A DNA stretch of 63,392 bases, the filler included, from Octopus bimaculoides (Eukaryota), in the NCBI RefSeq assembly GCF_001194135.2. It is 4 parts of 4 records of this genome, joined end to end, with 100 filler letters (N's around TTAATTAATTAA, not from the genome) between each part and the next. Parts side by side here need not be neighbours in the genome. Positions count along the whole stretch, not along the records: positions 30,629 to 40,599 come from NC_068996.1; positions 40,700 to 58,222 come from NC_068990.1; 2 more parts are not named here. One strand, written 5' to 3'. Both the position numbers and the translations under genes were made by a program. The notes under the pieces were generated by a model. That model made no database searches. It was not told the DNA's origin and saw only the letters and a program-made list of their open reading frames with translations. Below are positions 38,491-52,160 of this stretch, piece by piece (within the stretch, counting starts at the first letter, position 1; each line of letters starts with the position of its first letter).

Positions 38491-40445
38491 CTGCTTTCCC
38501 CTTGGAATAATGATAAGATGATTTAATCTAGGAAACCTAGTAATTAATCCCCACCAGCTTGATAAAAATTGCAATTAATTGTTTCTTTAAGAACTTCATT
38601 CAGAATATAATAATACAGTCAGCGGTCAATTGCAAGTGGGTATGACTAGGCCTTCACTCGTTAGTTTTGATGCCCGTGAAGTCACATGCAGATACAGACA
38701 GACACCCTCAAAGCTCTTCCACTCCTGAAGTTTTGTAACGAAATCTGCGTAGGGGCAGTTTGGAAGGAACATTCGTAACGACTGACTTCGAGTTTAATCG
38801 GTCGCCGAATTCCACATAACACTTGCCAAATCTTCGACCTAAGTATTGGTCCCTCTTTTCTTTCTACTATATCAGAATCCTTTAAATATCACGCAGTTGC
38901 AGATATTCCCTTTCTTACTAAATATAAAAACTATGAATAAAAGCTTAACAGATATTAATATATTTCGTTTTTGTATTTAGTTTACAAAATTCTTGATGTG
39001 AACTGGTATATTGAAGCAGATCCTCTTGTATCTAGGGAAGGTCATTATGCCAATTATGAACACGCACTGGTTCAATTTCACGTCTTTATTATTCGTCAGT
39101 TGGTTGACTATATTTTAAACAGCTAACCAATCACTTGTTTGATAATTCATTCGGTCAATCAATCAGCTAGGCTTATCAAAGTCCTTTCATCACCAAGTGC
39201 AACCTCTTTAGTGACACATCTTCTCTCCTCCAAATCAGCTTCATGTCTCTCTCTCTCTCTCTCTCTCTTAGTTTTAGATTCAATATTTATGTAGTTGAAT
39301 GGATGTGAGTGGGAATGTACGTGAGATGAGTATGGAAAGAGAAAGAAAAAGGGTGTGTATACATGTGTGTGAGTGTATATATGAGTATTCATGCATATTT
39401 GCTTTCTGGTGTGTGTATGTGCGCGCGCCCGTCCATGCAGGCCTGCGTATTTCTGTTGTGTAGTTGGTTATGTAAGTGCATTAGAAAAAACATGCATGTT
39501 CGCTTGTGCGACTGTATGTATATGTGTGCGCATGCATTCCTGTACGCATTTAGCGTCGGGTTTGTTATGAGTGTGGCTGGTAAAACGTTAATTTCTTTAT
39601 ATCTTTATCTATTGGTCCAGTATTTTGACCTAACGGGGTGAGAAACCCAGAGTGAGTGCGTGCGTGTGTGTCTTCATATGTGGGTGCATGTGTGTGTGTG
39701 TGTGTGTGTGCGCGCGCATGCATTACCCAGCCGTATTACTTGTTTGTGAGATGTTACTGATCCAATCACAATTCAATGACGTTTCATCTTTTATTGCAAT
39801 ATCTCAAAGAAACAAGGAGTTTGACGGACAGAAAGCATATAGTTAGTAGTCGCATGGTATTACTGACAGTTCTAGGATATATGTTGGAGGTGGGGTTTGT
39901 GTTATAGTAAGTGTGAATGTTAGGGTTGAGGTCTCTGGCGTCAGGTGTGCCTCTTATACCTGTTGTTATGTAGAGGTGTAATTATGTTGCAGTTGTTGTT
40001 GTTAACGATGTCGTTCCTGTTGAAAAACATTGTGGTTATAAATACCCTCATAATTATTGGTGTTAAAGAAATATATATATTAGCGACAGAGGCAGTGTTG
40101 ATAACGTTAGGTAATATTTATCCTTATTAACAGAACACCCACGTTTAAGTGGGGGAAAACATTACCTCTCGGTGTTATTGACGTTGTTTTAATTTCCATC
40201 TCTACAATATACGCCCAAGCACGCACTGACATCCACACCTGCACAAACATATATGCTTACATACATACGCACATGCACACACACCCTCCAATTACTGTCG
40301 GGGTCACTGTAGAACACAGCGCTGTTTATTCCCTCGCTTGAGTCAGGCCTGTCGTGTGGTGGTTGCTGTTGCTTGATTCTGTCGTATATATATATATATA
40401 TATATTCAATTTTTTTTCTCCGTGTTTTTCTCCTTGTCTCCGTAT

Positions 40446-40482
40446 TCTTTCTGTTGAAGAGCGTAGCTCGAAACGTCAAAGA
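40446..40482 (+). ncRNA. Minimal type I hammerhead variant within an approximately 170-bp (TA)n-flanked element
   Basis: TCTTT-CTGTTGA-A-GAGC-GTA-GCTC-GAAACGTC-AAAGA; perfect stems I and II, A6U core variant and one extra A. Confidence 0.6.
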
Positions 40483-40599
40483 CTTTCCGTATTCCCGAGC
40501 GTCATACTAATATATCCTTTTGTTATTTACACCACCTGTCCTCGTCTGTTGTTATTATTTGTATATTCTCCCATATATATATATATATATATATATATA

Positions 40600-40699
40600 N
40601 NNNNNNNNNNNNNNNNNNNNNNNNNNNNNNNNNNNNNNNNNNNTTAATTAATTAANNNNNNNNNNNNNNNNNNNNNNNNNNNNNNNNNNNNNNNNNNNN
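40600..40699. other. Artificial 100-bp gap spacer with TTAATTAATTAA
   Basis: 44 N + 12 bp + 44 N. Confidence 0.95.
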
Positions 40700-40909
40700 T
40701 ATATATATATATATATATCAAAGCAATTATTCAAGCATTGGGTATGTACCTAGCGGTGAGCCGGTGAAGCACGTTCACTGCCTTTAGCTACCTGACATCT
40801 TCCACGGCCATTTTTTTTTTTTTTTCACAATTGTCACTGGGTCTCCCTCAGGAATTCCTCAGCGTTCGCCGAATATAAAACAACTGATAGAGACGGACAA
40901 TGGAATATA

Positions 40910-41118
40910 CGAGAAACTTTATTGATCACAAAGATCGTTTCGACCCATCTTACGGTTACTAACAACATACTGCATTAAAACCGAGCGCAACAGGGTTTAT
41001 TTAACGAGATACCGCTTGAAAAGTCACCTAACTAGACACTTCTGCAACGAATGATGCACCCACGATGCATCGACGCAAGATGGGTCAAAACGGTTGTTGT
41101 GAGCAATAGCGTTTCTCG
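40910..41118. mobile_element. Mariner-type MITE (209 bp, TA TSD)
   Basis: TA|CGAGAAAC...GTTTCTCG|TA; 40906-40954 versus reverse complement of 41074-41122 is 41/49 identical. Confidence 0.85.
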
Positions 41119-41397
41119 TATATTCTATTTTCCGCCTCTATCATTTATTCATATGCGCACATACATATGTGTGTGTGTGTGCGTGTGTTCATGTATATGT
41201 ATGTATGTATACATGTAGATTTGTATGTTTGTTTTATGTATGTATGTATGTATGTATGTATGTATGTATCACTTGCCTGATGGTCATGTGAGCTGAAACT
41301 TCAGAGGAGCCAAAAACTGATTCGACTAAAATTAAAATATTATTAAACTCTATTATAATTATGAATATTCTTTCCTCCGATAGTCAACATCAAAGAG

Positions 41398-41469
<72 letters not shown>

Positions 41470-41812
41470 NNNNNNNNNNNNNNNNNNNNNNNNNNNNNNN
41501 NNNNNNNNNNNNNNNNNNNNNNNNNNNNNNNNNNNNNNNNNNNNNNNNNNNNNNNNNNNNNNNNNNNNNNNNNNNNNNNNNNNNNNNNNNNNNNNNNNNN
41601 NNNNNNNNNNNNNNNNNNNNNNNNNNNNNNNNNNNNNNNNNNNNNNNNNNNNNNNNNNNNNNNNNNNNNNNNNNNNNNNNNNNNNNNNNNNNNNNNNNNN
41701 NNNNNNNNNNNNNNNNNNNNNNNNNNNNNNNNNNNNNNNNNNNNNNNNNNNNNNNNNNNNNNNNNNNNNNNNNNNNNNNNNNNNNNNNNNNNNNNNNNNN
41801 NNNNNNNNNNNN

Positions 41813-41883
<71 letters not shown>

Positions 41884-42040
41884 CGTGTATGTATGTATGT
41901 ATGTATGTATGTATGTATGAATGAATGTATGTATGCATGTATGTATGCATGTATGTATGTGTGTGGGCATGTATGTATATATTTGTGTGTGTAGGAAAAG
42001 GGAGAGAGAGGTGGGAAGAGAGAGAGAGAAAGATGGCTAA

Positions 42041-42099
<59 letters not shown>

Positions 42100-42808
42100 T
42101 GTATTTATGTATGCATATGTGTGTACGAGCCTGTGTACGTGTATGTATGTATGTATGTATGTATGTATGTATGTATGCATGTATGTATGTATGTATGTAT
42201 GTATGTATGTTCGTATGCATGTTTGTATGCATATATATATTTATGGACATATGCATGCATGTCTGTAATAATACATTTAAAATACTGGGAGAGCTGCATT
42301 TAAATTAAATGACAATTAAAATTGTTTGGGGGGGGGCCTTTGTTTTCTCTTCGCAGCCATGTTCTTAATAAACACACAACCAACATTTCTAATGCTTCTG
42401 GGTAGCGTGAATCTCACAAGCGAAAACGAAGCGAGGTATCGTACAGGCGACCGAACTCTACAATCGCATGAATAACGGTTATGGATATAACATTTTAACA
42501 TACTCGACTTTGCGGCAAAGGGCTTGATAAATATTCTAGCTATATCTTGTTATCATGTGATAAACATAATAAAGTATCTCCTTGATATATATATAAATAG
42601 ATTGTCACAAAGTGTTGCATATTTAGAGAATTTGTACAAACACGTTCCGTTCAATGCGAATATACATGCATAACACGTACATACACATAGCTATATATAT
42701 AGGTATTGCGAAGACATGACAAATTATATAGTCAAAACTTGTCTTCAAACCAAGAAAAGGTCAACTGTTCTAACCTGGAGAAAGAATCAACTCTCTGCCT
42801 CCCTTCTG

Positions 42809-42883
<75 letters not shown>

Positions 42884-42890
42884 TATATGC

Positions 42891-42939
<49 letters not shown>

Positions 42940-43409
42940 CCTATCTATTATGTAAACATGTATACACTCACACTCTCACACATATACGTGCATATATACA
43001 TACATATGTGTATGTGTGTGTGTATATGTATACATGTATATGTTTGTGTGCTTTTGTGTATGTATGTATGTATGTATGTATATATGTATGTATGTATGTG
43101 TGTGTGTGCGCGCGCGCGCGCGCGTACATATATAATTATGGTTTCGTAGTTTTATTGAGGTAGATGACACTCAAAGCGCTGTGCTAGCTTTGGTATCAAT
43201 CCACGGAGTACGTGACTGCGAAAAGAACTTCTCAGCCACACCCACATAAATATGTTAGCGCTATAAGCTTCAATGAGCAGCTGAAAAAATCACAGCATAT
43301 CAATGGATTTTTTTGTTAGCTTGCTGTCTTTGTTCAGGTGTATCTCGCCACGCATAGATATTGGAGAAAGTAAGATACGGATGGGAGTTCTACATACCCT
43401 GAATTGCCA

Positions 43410-43830
43410 TTCCATTATTGAGCTGGCGAAATGCTTAATGGCATTTCATCGTCTTCACGTTCTGAGGTTCAAATTCCGCCGAGGCTGCATTGCGTTTCAT
43501 CATTTTGGAGTTGACAAAATAAGAACCAGTTGAGTCCTGGGGTTGATTACATCGATCATCCTCCTCCCCCAAATTTCAGGCCTTGTGCCTATTGTAGAAA
43601 GGATTATTATTATTATTGAGGTAAGCTGACAGAACCGTTAGTTTGCCAGGTAAAATGCTTAGTCTGTCTTTACGTTCTGAGTTCAAATTCCGCCGAGGTC
43701 GACTTTGCCTTTCATCCTTCCAGGTTTGATAAAATAAGTTACAGGTGAGCTGAGCACTGGGGTCGATGTTATCGACTTAGCCTCTCCTCCGAAATTGCTG
43801 GCCTTGTATCAAAATTTGAAACCATTATTA
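43410..43830 (+). mobile_element. Two head-to-tail SINE family B copies (43410-43615, 43617-43830)
   Basis: B-boxes GTTCAAATTCCGCCGAGG; first copy ends TAGAAAGG(ATT)n, second ends TTTGAAACCATT. Confidence 0.88.
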
Positions 43831-43932
43831 CCGCTCGAGCATTATTTCTCTTAGCGTGGAATGAGAATAGAAAATAATAGGGTTGTACGAATTGCCGTGT
43901 TTAATAACGTTTATACTTAAACTTGTCCAACA

Positions 43933-44243
43933 AGTGCAGGCATGGGTATGTGATTCAGAAACTCGCTTTACAGCCACATGGTTGTGGGTTCAGGTAAGAA
44001 GTATCTTCTGCTAAAACCCCGGGCCGACCAAAAGCTTATTAGTGAAAAAGGAAACTGTTTTGAAACTCAACGTGTATGTGTCTTGTGTGTGCGTGCGTGC
44101 ATGTGTGTGTATCTGAGCGCGCTTGTATGTACGTGAATACCAAAACTTAAAATATAAGCACTGTTGCCGATTTCTTCAAGATTCCTTCGAGGTGATGCCC
44201 TAGCATGGGCGCAGTAAAGTGACTGCAACAAGAAAAAGATAAA
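43933..44243 (+). mobile_element. Degenerate SINE family A
   Basis: CCACATGGTTGTGGGTTCAG, GGGCCGACCAAA and GGTGATGCCCTAGCATGG...GTGACTG motifs. Confidence 0.6.
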
Positions 44244-44499
44244 GATGACACGATAGCGAAGAAAGGCGAATTATATGGATTTCGAAATTATATGGGCAGG
44301 GTTGGTGTGGTTTGCGGACTACGAGTTCAAAACCATTGCTCCAGCGTGGAGTCACAATATTTTAGAAGTGCCCTTACTACTTACTAAGTTACAAAACTTC
44401 ACCTCTCTCTCCCTCTCTCTCTTTCTTTCTCTCTCCTTCCCTCCCCCTCTCTTCATCCATCTCCTTGTATGTGTGTTCATATGTACATATATATATATA

Positions 44500-44578
44500 T
44501 TCGACAGGCTTCTCTCAGTCTCCGTCTGCCAAATCCACTCACAAGGCTTTGGTCGACCGGAAGCTATAATGGAAGACA
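44500..44578 (-). mobile_element. SINE family A internal fragment
   Basis: CGACAGGCTTCT..CAGT.TCCGTCT.CCAAATCCACTCACAAGGCTTTGGTCG. Confidence 0.8.
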
Positions 44579-44979
44579 AATATAAGTATACATACACATA
44601 TATATTTATGTATATATACATATGTGTGCGTATATATATATTTATGTACGTATGTGTGTATGTATATACATCTTAGAGTGTGTATATATATATATATATC
44701 TATATCTATATTTATATATAAATATATATACACATATATATTCTTAAACGCATGTCTACTGTATGTAAGTGTGTACGTTTTGTGTGAATCCAGGATATAA
44801 AAGACAAATAAGAAAAAAATTACATCTCCTTCACCCATTTTCACTTCATTAGATTAATATTTCATCCTTTACACACCTTTCTTACATTCCATCTGAGTGG
44901 CCTGGTTAATGTCTCAGGCCACAACCCAGAGAACAATGCCGGAATCAGTTTCTCCCTTATATGGCAATCCTTGTTCATT

Positions 44980-45580
44980 TGACACTTTCTTTTCTCTCTT
45001 CCTTCGTTTATTTTGTTAGTTTATTTAGTTTTCTCATTCTCTCCCTATCCGCCACGACATACTTTTAATTCTTCACACATTCTTACTTTTTTCCTTCTCT
45101 CCTTCTTTTCTCCTTCTTATCTTTCTCATTTATGTTCGCTCTTCGTCATTTCAGACATCTTTATTTTTTTCTAGCAGCTTTGATATTTCATTTTTCTCCT
45201 TTTGTTTCTTTTTTCTTTCTTCTTTCAATGCTTTCTTTCTTCCTTTCAATGCTTTCTGTCTTTCTTCTTTCTATTCTTTCTTACCGTCTGCTTTTCCATT
45301 CATTTTATTTTTCCTATCTCTTTTCATTTCATTCTTTCTTTCGTTCGTTCTTTCTTTGTTTCATTCATTTGTTTCGTCTTTTATTCTTTATATCTTTCTT
45401 TCATTCTTTATTTTTGTCTTTCACTCATTGTTTATTGCTTCTAGCTTTCATTTTTTACACCCTTAATATATTTTCTTATTTTTTAATTCGTTTTTCCATT
45501 TTCCTTCATTATTTCTCAATCTTCCCCTTTTACTTCACATTTTACTTCACAGATTTTCTTTTTCAGTCATCCACCTAGAC
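44980..45580. repeat. Pyrimidine-rich (T/C) low-complexity tract
   Basis: Direct reading; source of the F/L/S-rich ORFs. Confidence 0.85.
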
Positions 45581-47230
45581 ATCTTGTGCTGTTTGATTAC
45601 GTCTCTTTACATCCTTATTTCAAATTCTGTCTGAGTCAACTTTGCCTTTCATCAGCAATAGTCTCAAATACCTAATATAATGAGTCGAAAAACTTCGGAT
45701 ATCTGAGGCTATCCATGCTTAAAATTTTAAAAACAAAACCCACGTGAGATAATTCCAATAATATGAGCTAATCAAAGACAATGCAGGTAGGAGCGGATCT
45801 TGTCTTAAAAGCCAGGTGACAAAGCGTAGAAGCGATCGTTAGAAGAGAACTGAGGGAATATACATCAGAGAAACGTGCTGGGTATTAGATACACATACGG
45901 TAGGGTGTCACACTAGGAATATAGTGAGTTGAACTCTTTCGATTAATTGAGATTGTCCATGTAATTATTAGGATAAAAGAAAAAACTCCCTCTAGGAACA
46001 ATAAAGGAAGATTAATTCAGTAATAATTTCAGTAATATCAGCTAATGGAAATACTTAGAAACTAAAGATAATGCCGTCCATGTATATTAATATTGGTCAG
46101 GAATTTTAAAAGAAACGTAATGCAGGGGCTTCTGAAGCTGCTGAGAATGAGGGAAGAAAATACCCTCAAAGTGGAAATAAGAGTGCCTTAGCATGTTCGT
46201 CCTTACCGTTTTTATTTGTAAAAATATTTTGTTTGATTGGTTGCTATCACTAAAGCTAACTTCTTTTATTGATAGTTTTTCTTTTTAGATTTTTAAGCAG
46301 TCCAAAGAGGAGTTTTTGTCGAGTAATTGCATATCAATCGAAGTTTTTTTTTTTTGTTTGGTTTCCTTTTAGATATTACCTGGATGCTTGCCACAGTTGA
46401 TTCCGCTAAAGATACCCTAGGTACCAGGTGGTAATCTTTCGCTTAAAGACAACTGGTAAAACCAATAGTTTATTGATCTTATAAGATGCAGGTGTTGTTT
46501 AGACACAAAACCACGCATCACCCACCCGCCTACACCAAGAATACCGCGAAGTACAGCCTCGTTCTTAATGACATGCAAACATATCGGTAGGGTCTGACAA
46601 TATATTGAGCTGGAAAGGTTCTATTAACTAACATTATCCTTTGAATTGATTGACAAATTGCTTGACACTTGGTTGAATTGGGGTAGTTTTTAATCTAAAA
46701 ACATCTATCAAGAGGGCTAACTCCAATGATATCCACCAATCGAAAAAGTTTTTGTTTATAAATACGATGCAGATAAAAGACAACACCCTAAGGTTCTTTT
46801 ATTTCAACACACCTTTTCTATAATGTTCTCAATATTATCTTCCAAAGGCACTGTCAAATCAATTTACGGTCTGGCAATTACAAACTAAATCATGCGTCAC
46901 TGAGGATGTTTAATATTACTGAAACAGGTCCATTTTCACCAGATGATCCAAGGTCAAAACATTCACTTCACATTACATACTCCTGTCCCTGTTTAATATA
47001 AATTTCACAGTTGTCTCCCATACTTTTTTGACTTGAATTAGTCTTTAAACTAATTATTTTTCTCATCCGTATGGGAGGTTAGCTGTTACTTAACCATAAG
47101 ATATCCAAGCTGATTGTTGCAATATTTCTTCTATTTTTAATTATTCCTGTCATGGCGTCCACGTATGCAACAGCATTCTTCTGTATTCCTAAATGTGACA
47201 GACAGACAGACAGGCAGGCAGGCAGACAGG

Positions 47231-47270
<40 letters not shown>

Positions 47271-47274
47271 TAGG

Positions 47275-47343
<69 letters not shown>

Positions 47344-47703
47344 GGAATATAAGAAATATCAAAGACCATCTTTGAGTGACTGCATGGAATCTCACCCATT
47401 TTCTAGTTCATCCTTGAGGGTCGTTAAGCTTCACGTCAAACAATTTTTCTTTCAATTAACGTCACATGTTATCCTACTTCACATACATCCACGAGAGCGC
47501 GCAAGCACCCGTATTAACAACATAAGTCTAGAACCGAAGCAAGCAACGAGAAAAAAAGGAAAACAGAATCTTATAATTTGTCGTCATAGAAGAAATAGAA
47601 ACCATGAAGTAGACTTCCTTTAAGTTATGAACTTGATAATGATTTACGTAATTGCTATTAAAAAAATACCATTCGAATCCTGCCCGAAGCGATCATTTTT
47701 AAA

Positions 47704-47860
47704 AGCGCAGGCGGCGGCTGTGTGGTAAGAAGCTCGCTTTCCAGCCACTCGGTCCCGGGTTCAGTCCCACCGCGTGGCACCTTGAGCGTCTTCTCCTATA
47801 GCCTCGGACTGACCAAAAACTTGTGAGTAGATTTGGTAGATGGAAGCTGAAAGAAGCCCC

Positions 47861-47943
<83 letters not shown>

Positions 47944-48147
47944 TGTGTGCGTGCATGCGTGTTTGTGCTTGTGTTTGTCCCCCACCGACTGACAACCGGA
48001 GTTGATGTGCTTATGTCTCTGTAACGCTAGAATTAGTACCAGGCTTAAAAAGAAAATAACTGCTGGAATGGATTAGTTCGACTAAAATTCCTCAAGGCGG
48101 TGCCCCAGCATTGTCGCAGTCTATGTGAAACAAATAAAAGATGAAAG
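47704..48147 (+). mobile_element. SINE family A with expanded internal (GT)n
   Basis: GCGCAGGCGGCGGCTGTGTGGTAAG, GGGTTCAGTCCCACCGCGTGGCACCTTG, 3' GGCGGTGCCCCAGCA. Confidence 0.88.
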
Positions 48148-49204
48148 ATAATAGCACGAACTTAGGTCAGAGCGAAATTATTTCACGAAAATATCAATCC
48201 TGCCAGAAAGCAAGATTTGTTAAACCTAAAAAGGAAGTTGACGATTGTAATTTTATTTCAAAAGGTGGGGACAGTCGGCAGATGTTTGTAAAAGCAGCAT
48301 ACTTTTGGAAGACACCTTCTGTCACTATGTTGCCTTGCAAGTAAAGCTGACCATTAACATATGCCATCGTGGATTCGGAAAACGAAAAATATCATTGATC
48401 TTATGCATCGCACACAATTAACAGTTTTTCTCACCATCACAAACTGAAAAATAAAGTATCAAATTTCCGGAACAGTAAAAGACAAGAAACAAAACTATAT
48501 ATAATGACATTCAGCCTTTTGACAACTTCTACTAATCACCAAGTGTTAAAGGGCGTCCATGAATTAATTACGTCTATATAACATCACGTGGTAAGGTGAA
48601 ATCATCATGAAGCTAAAAAACGAGCTTCTCTGAAAGTATTCCTTGACCTACAACCGGAGATACATGCGCAGAAAAACTCCTTTTTCTCGGTAAAAAGTTA
48701 TATATGGCTGTTGTCAAAGTGACAGTCATAAGATAACCAGAGCTTGGACCTGCAACATGTTTATTAGTCACTCATAATATGAAATAATCAGGCGGAATGT
48801 TCCTGTTAAAACCTCTGTAAAAATTAAGCACCACAGAGAAGACACAATGCTAGGACAGAAATACACAAACACACACATAAACACACACATACACACACAC
48901 ACATGCATGTATACATGCATACATACACAGATGCATACATACATAGACACATACACACACACACATACATACATACATACATACATACATACTCTCGTGC
49001 TTGTGGGGAAGGACTGTAAAACAAGGAAAACGTGTCCTATTCCACAAAATAAACAAATGGCTCGGCAATAAAGCCTTTACAGTCTGTTGAGTATCTTGGA
49101 CAGGTTGAAAACGTCAGTTATAGTAGAACCATTAACAAGGAGTGAGCCCTCAGAATTCTCACTCAACCTCTCTTCTCCAGACAGAAGGCTCAAATATTTA
49201 ACCC

Positions 49205-49698
49205 CTGCCACGGCCCTTCACCCATGTCCATCCTGTGCTAGTCTCCACAGTTCTGCAAAACTTCCGCCACTAGCTTTTCAGACGTTATTGCTAAATCTGG
49301 TTTTAGGCTTTCCTTTCTTCTTTTGCCATATGCCGCAGCTGTTAACAGGAACTTGTCAAAGTCTTATCTTCTAAGTAGATGGCCGCTGAAGTTCCATTTT
49401 CTTTTCCTGGTAATATTTCCCGGCATTTGATTTTGTGAAGGACCCACCTGTTAGTTCTTGTATACAACCAACTTATTCCAAGAATGCGTCTAAAACACTA
49501 TCGTTGAAATGCTTCAATTTTCCTTTAATCGATTTTCTTTATAATCCAGCATTCAGCTCCATAGGTAGCTATGGTAGATATCAATGAATTTAGGAGTAAG
49601 TTTTTTGTAGTTCGCAAGGAGATAGCCTTATTCTTTCATATGCTGTTCAATGATATCATGGCGTTCTTGGCTATGCTGAGTCTTCTCTTGATTTTCTC
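49205..49698 (-). mobile_element. RTE-clade LINE, RT C-terminal fragment (pseudogenised)
   Basis: IKRRLSIAKNAMISLNSI*KNKAISLRT...IATYGAECWIIKKID*RKIEAFQR*CFRRILGISW; later KGKPKTRF..RLAQD. Confidence 0.88.
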
Positions 49699-50059
49699 AA
49701 CCTACCTCATGCATATGCTTACAACGCTATTGCAGTGTCTAACCTAACACCTAGAGCCGGTCTTCTGAATTGGTCACTACAAGTACTTAACTAGGTCGTT
49801 CAAAGAACTTGGAAAGTGCTCAGTATTACTGACATTAGCAGACATAAAGACAGATTATATATCTCCATAAAAGGAATATGACTACAGTCTTAAATCTGTT
49901 TTAAACTCGTACGAAACTCGGGCTGTGATAATGAGGCAACATCTCTGGCAGAGAAGAGACTCAACAGCTATCTCGGCAAGTTTGAGAGTACGAAAATAAA
50001 AAGCACCTTAAGATATCTAATGAACTTAAGGAGAAGCATGAAATAAAAATTAACACTGA

Positions 50060-50585
50060 TCTCTCCCTCTTTCTCTCTCTCTTCTCTGTCTCTCTCTCTT
50101 CTCTGTCTCTCTCTCTTCTCTGTCTCTCTCTCTCTCTCTCTTCTCTGTCAATCACTTTCTGTAACTCTCTTTTCCTCTATCTGTCTTTCTTTCTCCCTCT
50201 TCCTCTCTCTCTGTATCTTTCTCCTGATCTCTCTTCTTCTTTGTGTCATTTTCACTCTTCTTTATCTCTATTTCTTTTTATGTAACTCTCTCTGTCTTTT
50301 TTTCTCTCCTGATCTCTCTTCCTCTTCCTCTCTGTATCTCTCTCACTCTTCACTCCCTCTCTTTATCTTTCTGTAACTCTCTTTTCCTCTGTCTATCTTT
50401 CTTTCTCCTTCATCCTGTCTCTCTCTCTCTCTTTCTTTCTCTCTCTCCCTCTCTCTCTATCTCCTGATCTCTCTTCCTCTTTCTCTCTGCGTCTCTCTCA
50501 TTCTTCTTTATCTTTATCTCAATTTATGCAACTCTCTCTTCCCCTGCTTCTCTCTCTCTCTCTCTTTCCCTCTCTCTTTTTATCC
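50060..50585. repeat. (CT)-rich polypyrimidine tract with an approximately 212-bp diverged duplication
   Basis: CTTTCTGTAACTCTCTTTTCCTCT at 50155 and 50367; TCTCCTGATCTCTCTTC occurs three times. Confidence 0.8.
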
Positions 50586-50699
50586 CTTTCAGGAACATTG
50601 GTTAAATCCTACTTACTATAACAAAATATAAAAAAATACACCATTTCATTGAGAAAAGTGTTGAGTTTCGAAAAATGAAAAACACAAGCCGTTTCAAGA

Positions 50700-51395
50700 A
50701 TTAACTACACTAAAAACTTGACAATCGTTACTGAAAAGCATGTAACTGTTTACCTTAGAGATGACATTTATGCAACCCAGAAGCACGGAATTGCCAATGA
50801 ATACCTTCTATATAAAAGGCAGAAAACATCAGTTGCCAACAACTAATGTAGACTATACAAAACCAAAAGCGAAGACATTAACCACATCCTTACCTGTTGT
50901 GAGCGAATGTCCTCTAAATACAACTTTCCCATAAATTACAGAGCAGAGTCGAATGGAATGATAAAGAGCAAATTACAGCACCTAAAAATGAGCAAACTGA
51001 GACCGATCTATCAAAAGAATGTTGGAATCTAAGCATAGAAATAGCCACAAAATTAAAACTGAACAGAACTGATTTTGTTGCATAGGACCGCATAGTTTGT
51101 TGTGGAAGTCAGTCACCGACTTAACATCAATATAGTATGAAAAATACAAAAAGAAAGAAGGCATCTATAGACCATCGATGAGAGAGTTATAAATCCAATG
51201 TTTCAAATCTCCTTCAAGTTTTCTACCAATTCATTTTGGAGCCACGGGACATGAAACCAATCTGTCTGGAGCAAAGTATGGCTGAGCTTGGATTTTTAGA
51301 AAAGAACGTTCTCCCACAATTCTTAAGCTAAAGACGATCACGATATATGGGACAATTAAAAATCTTGCAAGATATTCCTAAAATTTAAAGAGTGA
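50700..51395 (+). mobile_element. RLE-type (R4/Dong-like) LINE 3' fragment: zinc knuckle plus restriction-like endonuclease remnant
   Basis: CRLYKTKSEDINHILTCCERMSSKY; CWNLSIEIATKLKLNRTDFVA*D; VVEVS; GATG; CKIFLKFKE* ending at 51395. Confidence 0.8.
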
Positions 51396-51555
51396 AGGAT
51401 AGCGAAAAGAACAAAAATTCTATATTTCCAACCTTGCCGTCAAACAGGTGGTAGAGCAAACTCCAAAACAAACGCCAAACCTCCGATCATTACAAGAAAA
51501 CAAATAGACATGCATACATACGTGCATACACGCATAGACATATTCATTCATACAT

Positions 51556-51613
<58 letters not shown>

Positions 51614-51643
51614 GCACACACATACATACATGCACATGTAGGA

Positions 51644-52095
51644 GCAGAAAAGACAAGAACGTGACCAAGCAGTAATATCTCGTCTCATATTCGGCCAGAA
51701 GAATCTAACCGAAATGAGTTTCACTGTGATTGAAGTCACGGGATGCGAGAGACTATGCAGAGTGTGGAAAACAATTTGACGGTGAGTCTCTGTAACAAGA
51801 GGACGTGATGTATCCGTCGAGATGTCACATAATATTTGTGTATTAGAAGTAGGCACAGGCAAGTACTTAATTTTACACGTCTCAAATTCTGGTGAAGCAA
51901 AATCTATCGACTCTAGGGGAGGCTGATTCGCAGAAGGAAGATGGAGGTCGATATTTGAAGACAAGGACAAAGAATTTACATGGAGGCGAGAGAGAGAGCA
52001 TCTGCCGCTGCATTCTGTGCACCAGAGATATGACGAATATCGTTGGTAAACTGCGAAGCAAAATGTAGGTGACGAGTTTCGCGAGGTGAGTATTT
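51644..52095 (-). mobile_element. Ty3/Gypsy pol fragment (RNase H end to integrase HHCC zinc finger)
   Basis: KYSPRETRHLHFASQFTNDIRHISGAQNAAADALS, one frameshift, then RPLV...HSLSHP...RFFWPNMRRDITAWSRSCLFC. Confidence 0.92.
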
Positions 52096-52117
52096 GTGTG
52101 TGTGTGTGTGTGTGTGT

Positions 52118-52156
<39 letters not shown>

Positions 52157-52160
<4 letters not shown>

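Noticed and set aside
48545-48575. Harbinger-like TIR (AAGGGCGTCCATGAATTAATTACGTC)
   Set aside because: Single short end with no partner or TSD pair.
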